The notes beneath the pieces were generated by a model. It made no database searches. It had not been told where the DNA came from and saw only the letters and a program-made list of their open reading frames with translations. From assembly GCF_964204645.1 (NCBI RefSeq), contig NC_134029.1, positions 21,012,950 to 21,076,949 on the forward strand: 64,000 bases of DNA. Direction: 5' to 3'. The stretch comes from Tubulanus polymorphus. Its lineage: Eukaryota; Animalia; Nemertea. Shown here one piece after another: positions 62,793-64,000 of this stretch (the first letter of the stretch is position 1; every line of letters begins with the position of its first letter). A program made the translations under genes and the position numbers.

Positions 62793-64000
62793 CGAAATGT
62801 GGGGACGAACGAACGAACATTTCTTACCAGTTCATTCAATGCATTTCAGGAGAGAATTACGTTCATTGGGGTTTAGTTTATAGGAACATGGATAACTTAT
62901 GTTAATGTTAATTTCAGGGAAAATAATTGGTCGAGGTGATTTAGAATGAACTTTTAATTTTTGTTACCGTAATCGTGTTCTTTTAAAAAGGATAGTTGTA
63001 GAGGAGCCATGTTTACCTGGTATTGAATGAAATGAGAAAGTAAACCTGATTACCATTACTATTTGTGAGTAGTTGCCACTCTTTTAAGAGCTCAGTCGCT
63101 ACCAAAAATATTAGAATGCTCTCAAAATCAGAATTTTCTCTAGTTCATTCGCAATTAAACTTTAATTTTCAAATTGCGGTGACATCTACCTCATAGGAAG
63201 ACACCCAGATAGTCGGGTCTGGTACAGGTAGCACTGACTTGATCTGAAATCATGAACTAGTGACTGATTGCACTGCACTTAACAGATAGTACTTAGTACT
63301 ATTATGCTTGTAAAAGAATGTTAATTTTTCATCGTATAAATTTGGCCCCACTCCATGTCCAAATTTCAAATACGGGCCTGAAAATGGTTAGCTTGTTTCA
63401 AGCAACAGTACAACTAGATCTTACAGTGGATGCAATACGAGGTATAATCTCGTGCTACAGCATCTTCAATGTGATGGATTCAGGTTCATTCAATCATCGC
63501 AATTGATGGCATTGATTATTTGATGCGGTTACTATTACAAACTTACCAGTAATTCTCTATGATGTACACTATGTCTCGTTGATTATGTTATTACTCAAAT
63601 CGATACTACTTAAACATATATATATATATATATATATATCTACGCGCGCTCTTTTCGCTATGCAACGAAATATTTTTTCAAACATTATCTGATATGTGAT
63701 CATCTGTTTGTATGCCAGGTATTAAAAATGATTTATTGCAGTTGATTAAAACAGTCATCTTGTATTTTGATATGAAATATTATTACCCTACGCGTTATCA
63801 TTATGGATCTATTCACGCTCATATCTGACCACACACAGGCCCGCAGCATGGGGGGTTCTGGGGTTGGAAAGAATCTAGCTCCGAGGATATTTAGTTCTGC
63901 TTGATTTTTTTTTATTTTCAAAAATCATTGAGCTGAAATTATACCATATAATGCATGATTATTTGTAAAATTCGGTCATTTATTTAGACCTTCAATCGAC

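Overview
Intron-rich animal genomic DNA, probably an invertebrate bilaterian; the species cannot be fixed from sequence. Host genes in order: the 3' end of a gene with an alpha-crystallin (small HSP) domain (<1-830), a 17-exon TBC1D1/TBC1D4-type PTB + Rab-GAP gene (14197-39450), a FAM184-like coiled-coil gene (44466-48019), RBM26/27 on the minus strand (49719-59443) and PARP16 (60520-62792). The introns carry many MITEs, a SINE and two Penelope-type hammerhead-ribozyme remnants. The main feature is an intact, apparently very young 12.3-kb Ty3/Gypsy LTR retrotransposon (1501-13840) just upstream of the TBC1D1 start. It has a GAAC TSD, ~2.93-kb near-identical LTRs, a tRNA-Leu PBS and a -1 gag/pol frameshift signal with a pseudoknot. 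In the env position it carries an ATG-less ORF for a two-zinc-finger protein. Its start codon appears to be created by splicing from an LTR donor (AT|G). A putative second intron removes a 27x27-bp tandem array and yields a 115-aa protein with two PxVxL (HP1-box-like) motifs. This suggests a complex retrotransposon encoding its own chromatin regulator. All splice and function claims are inferences made by eye and need RNA or biochemical tests.
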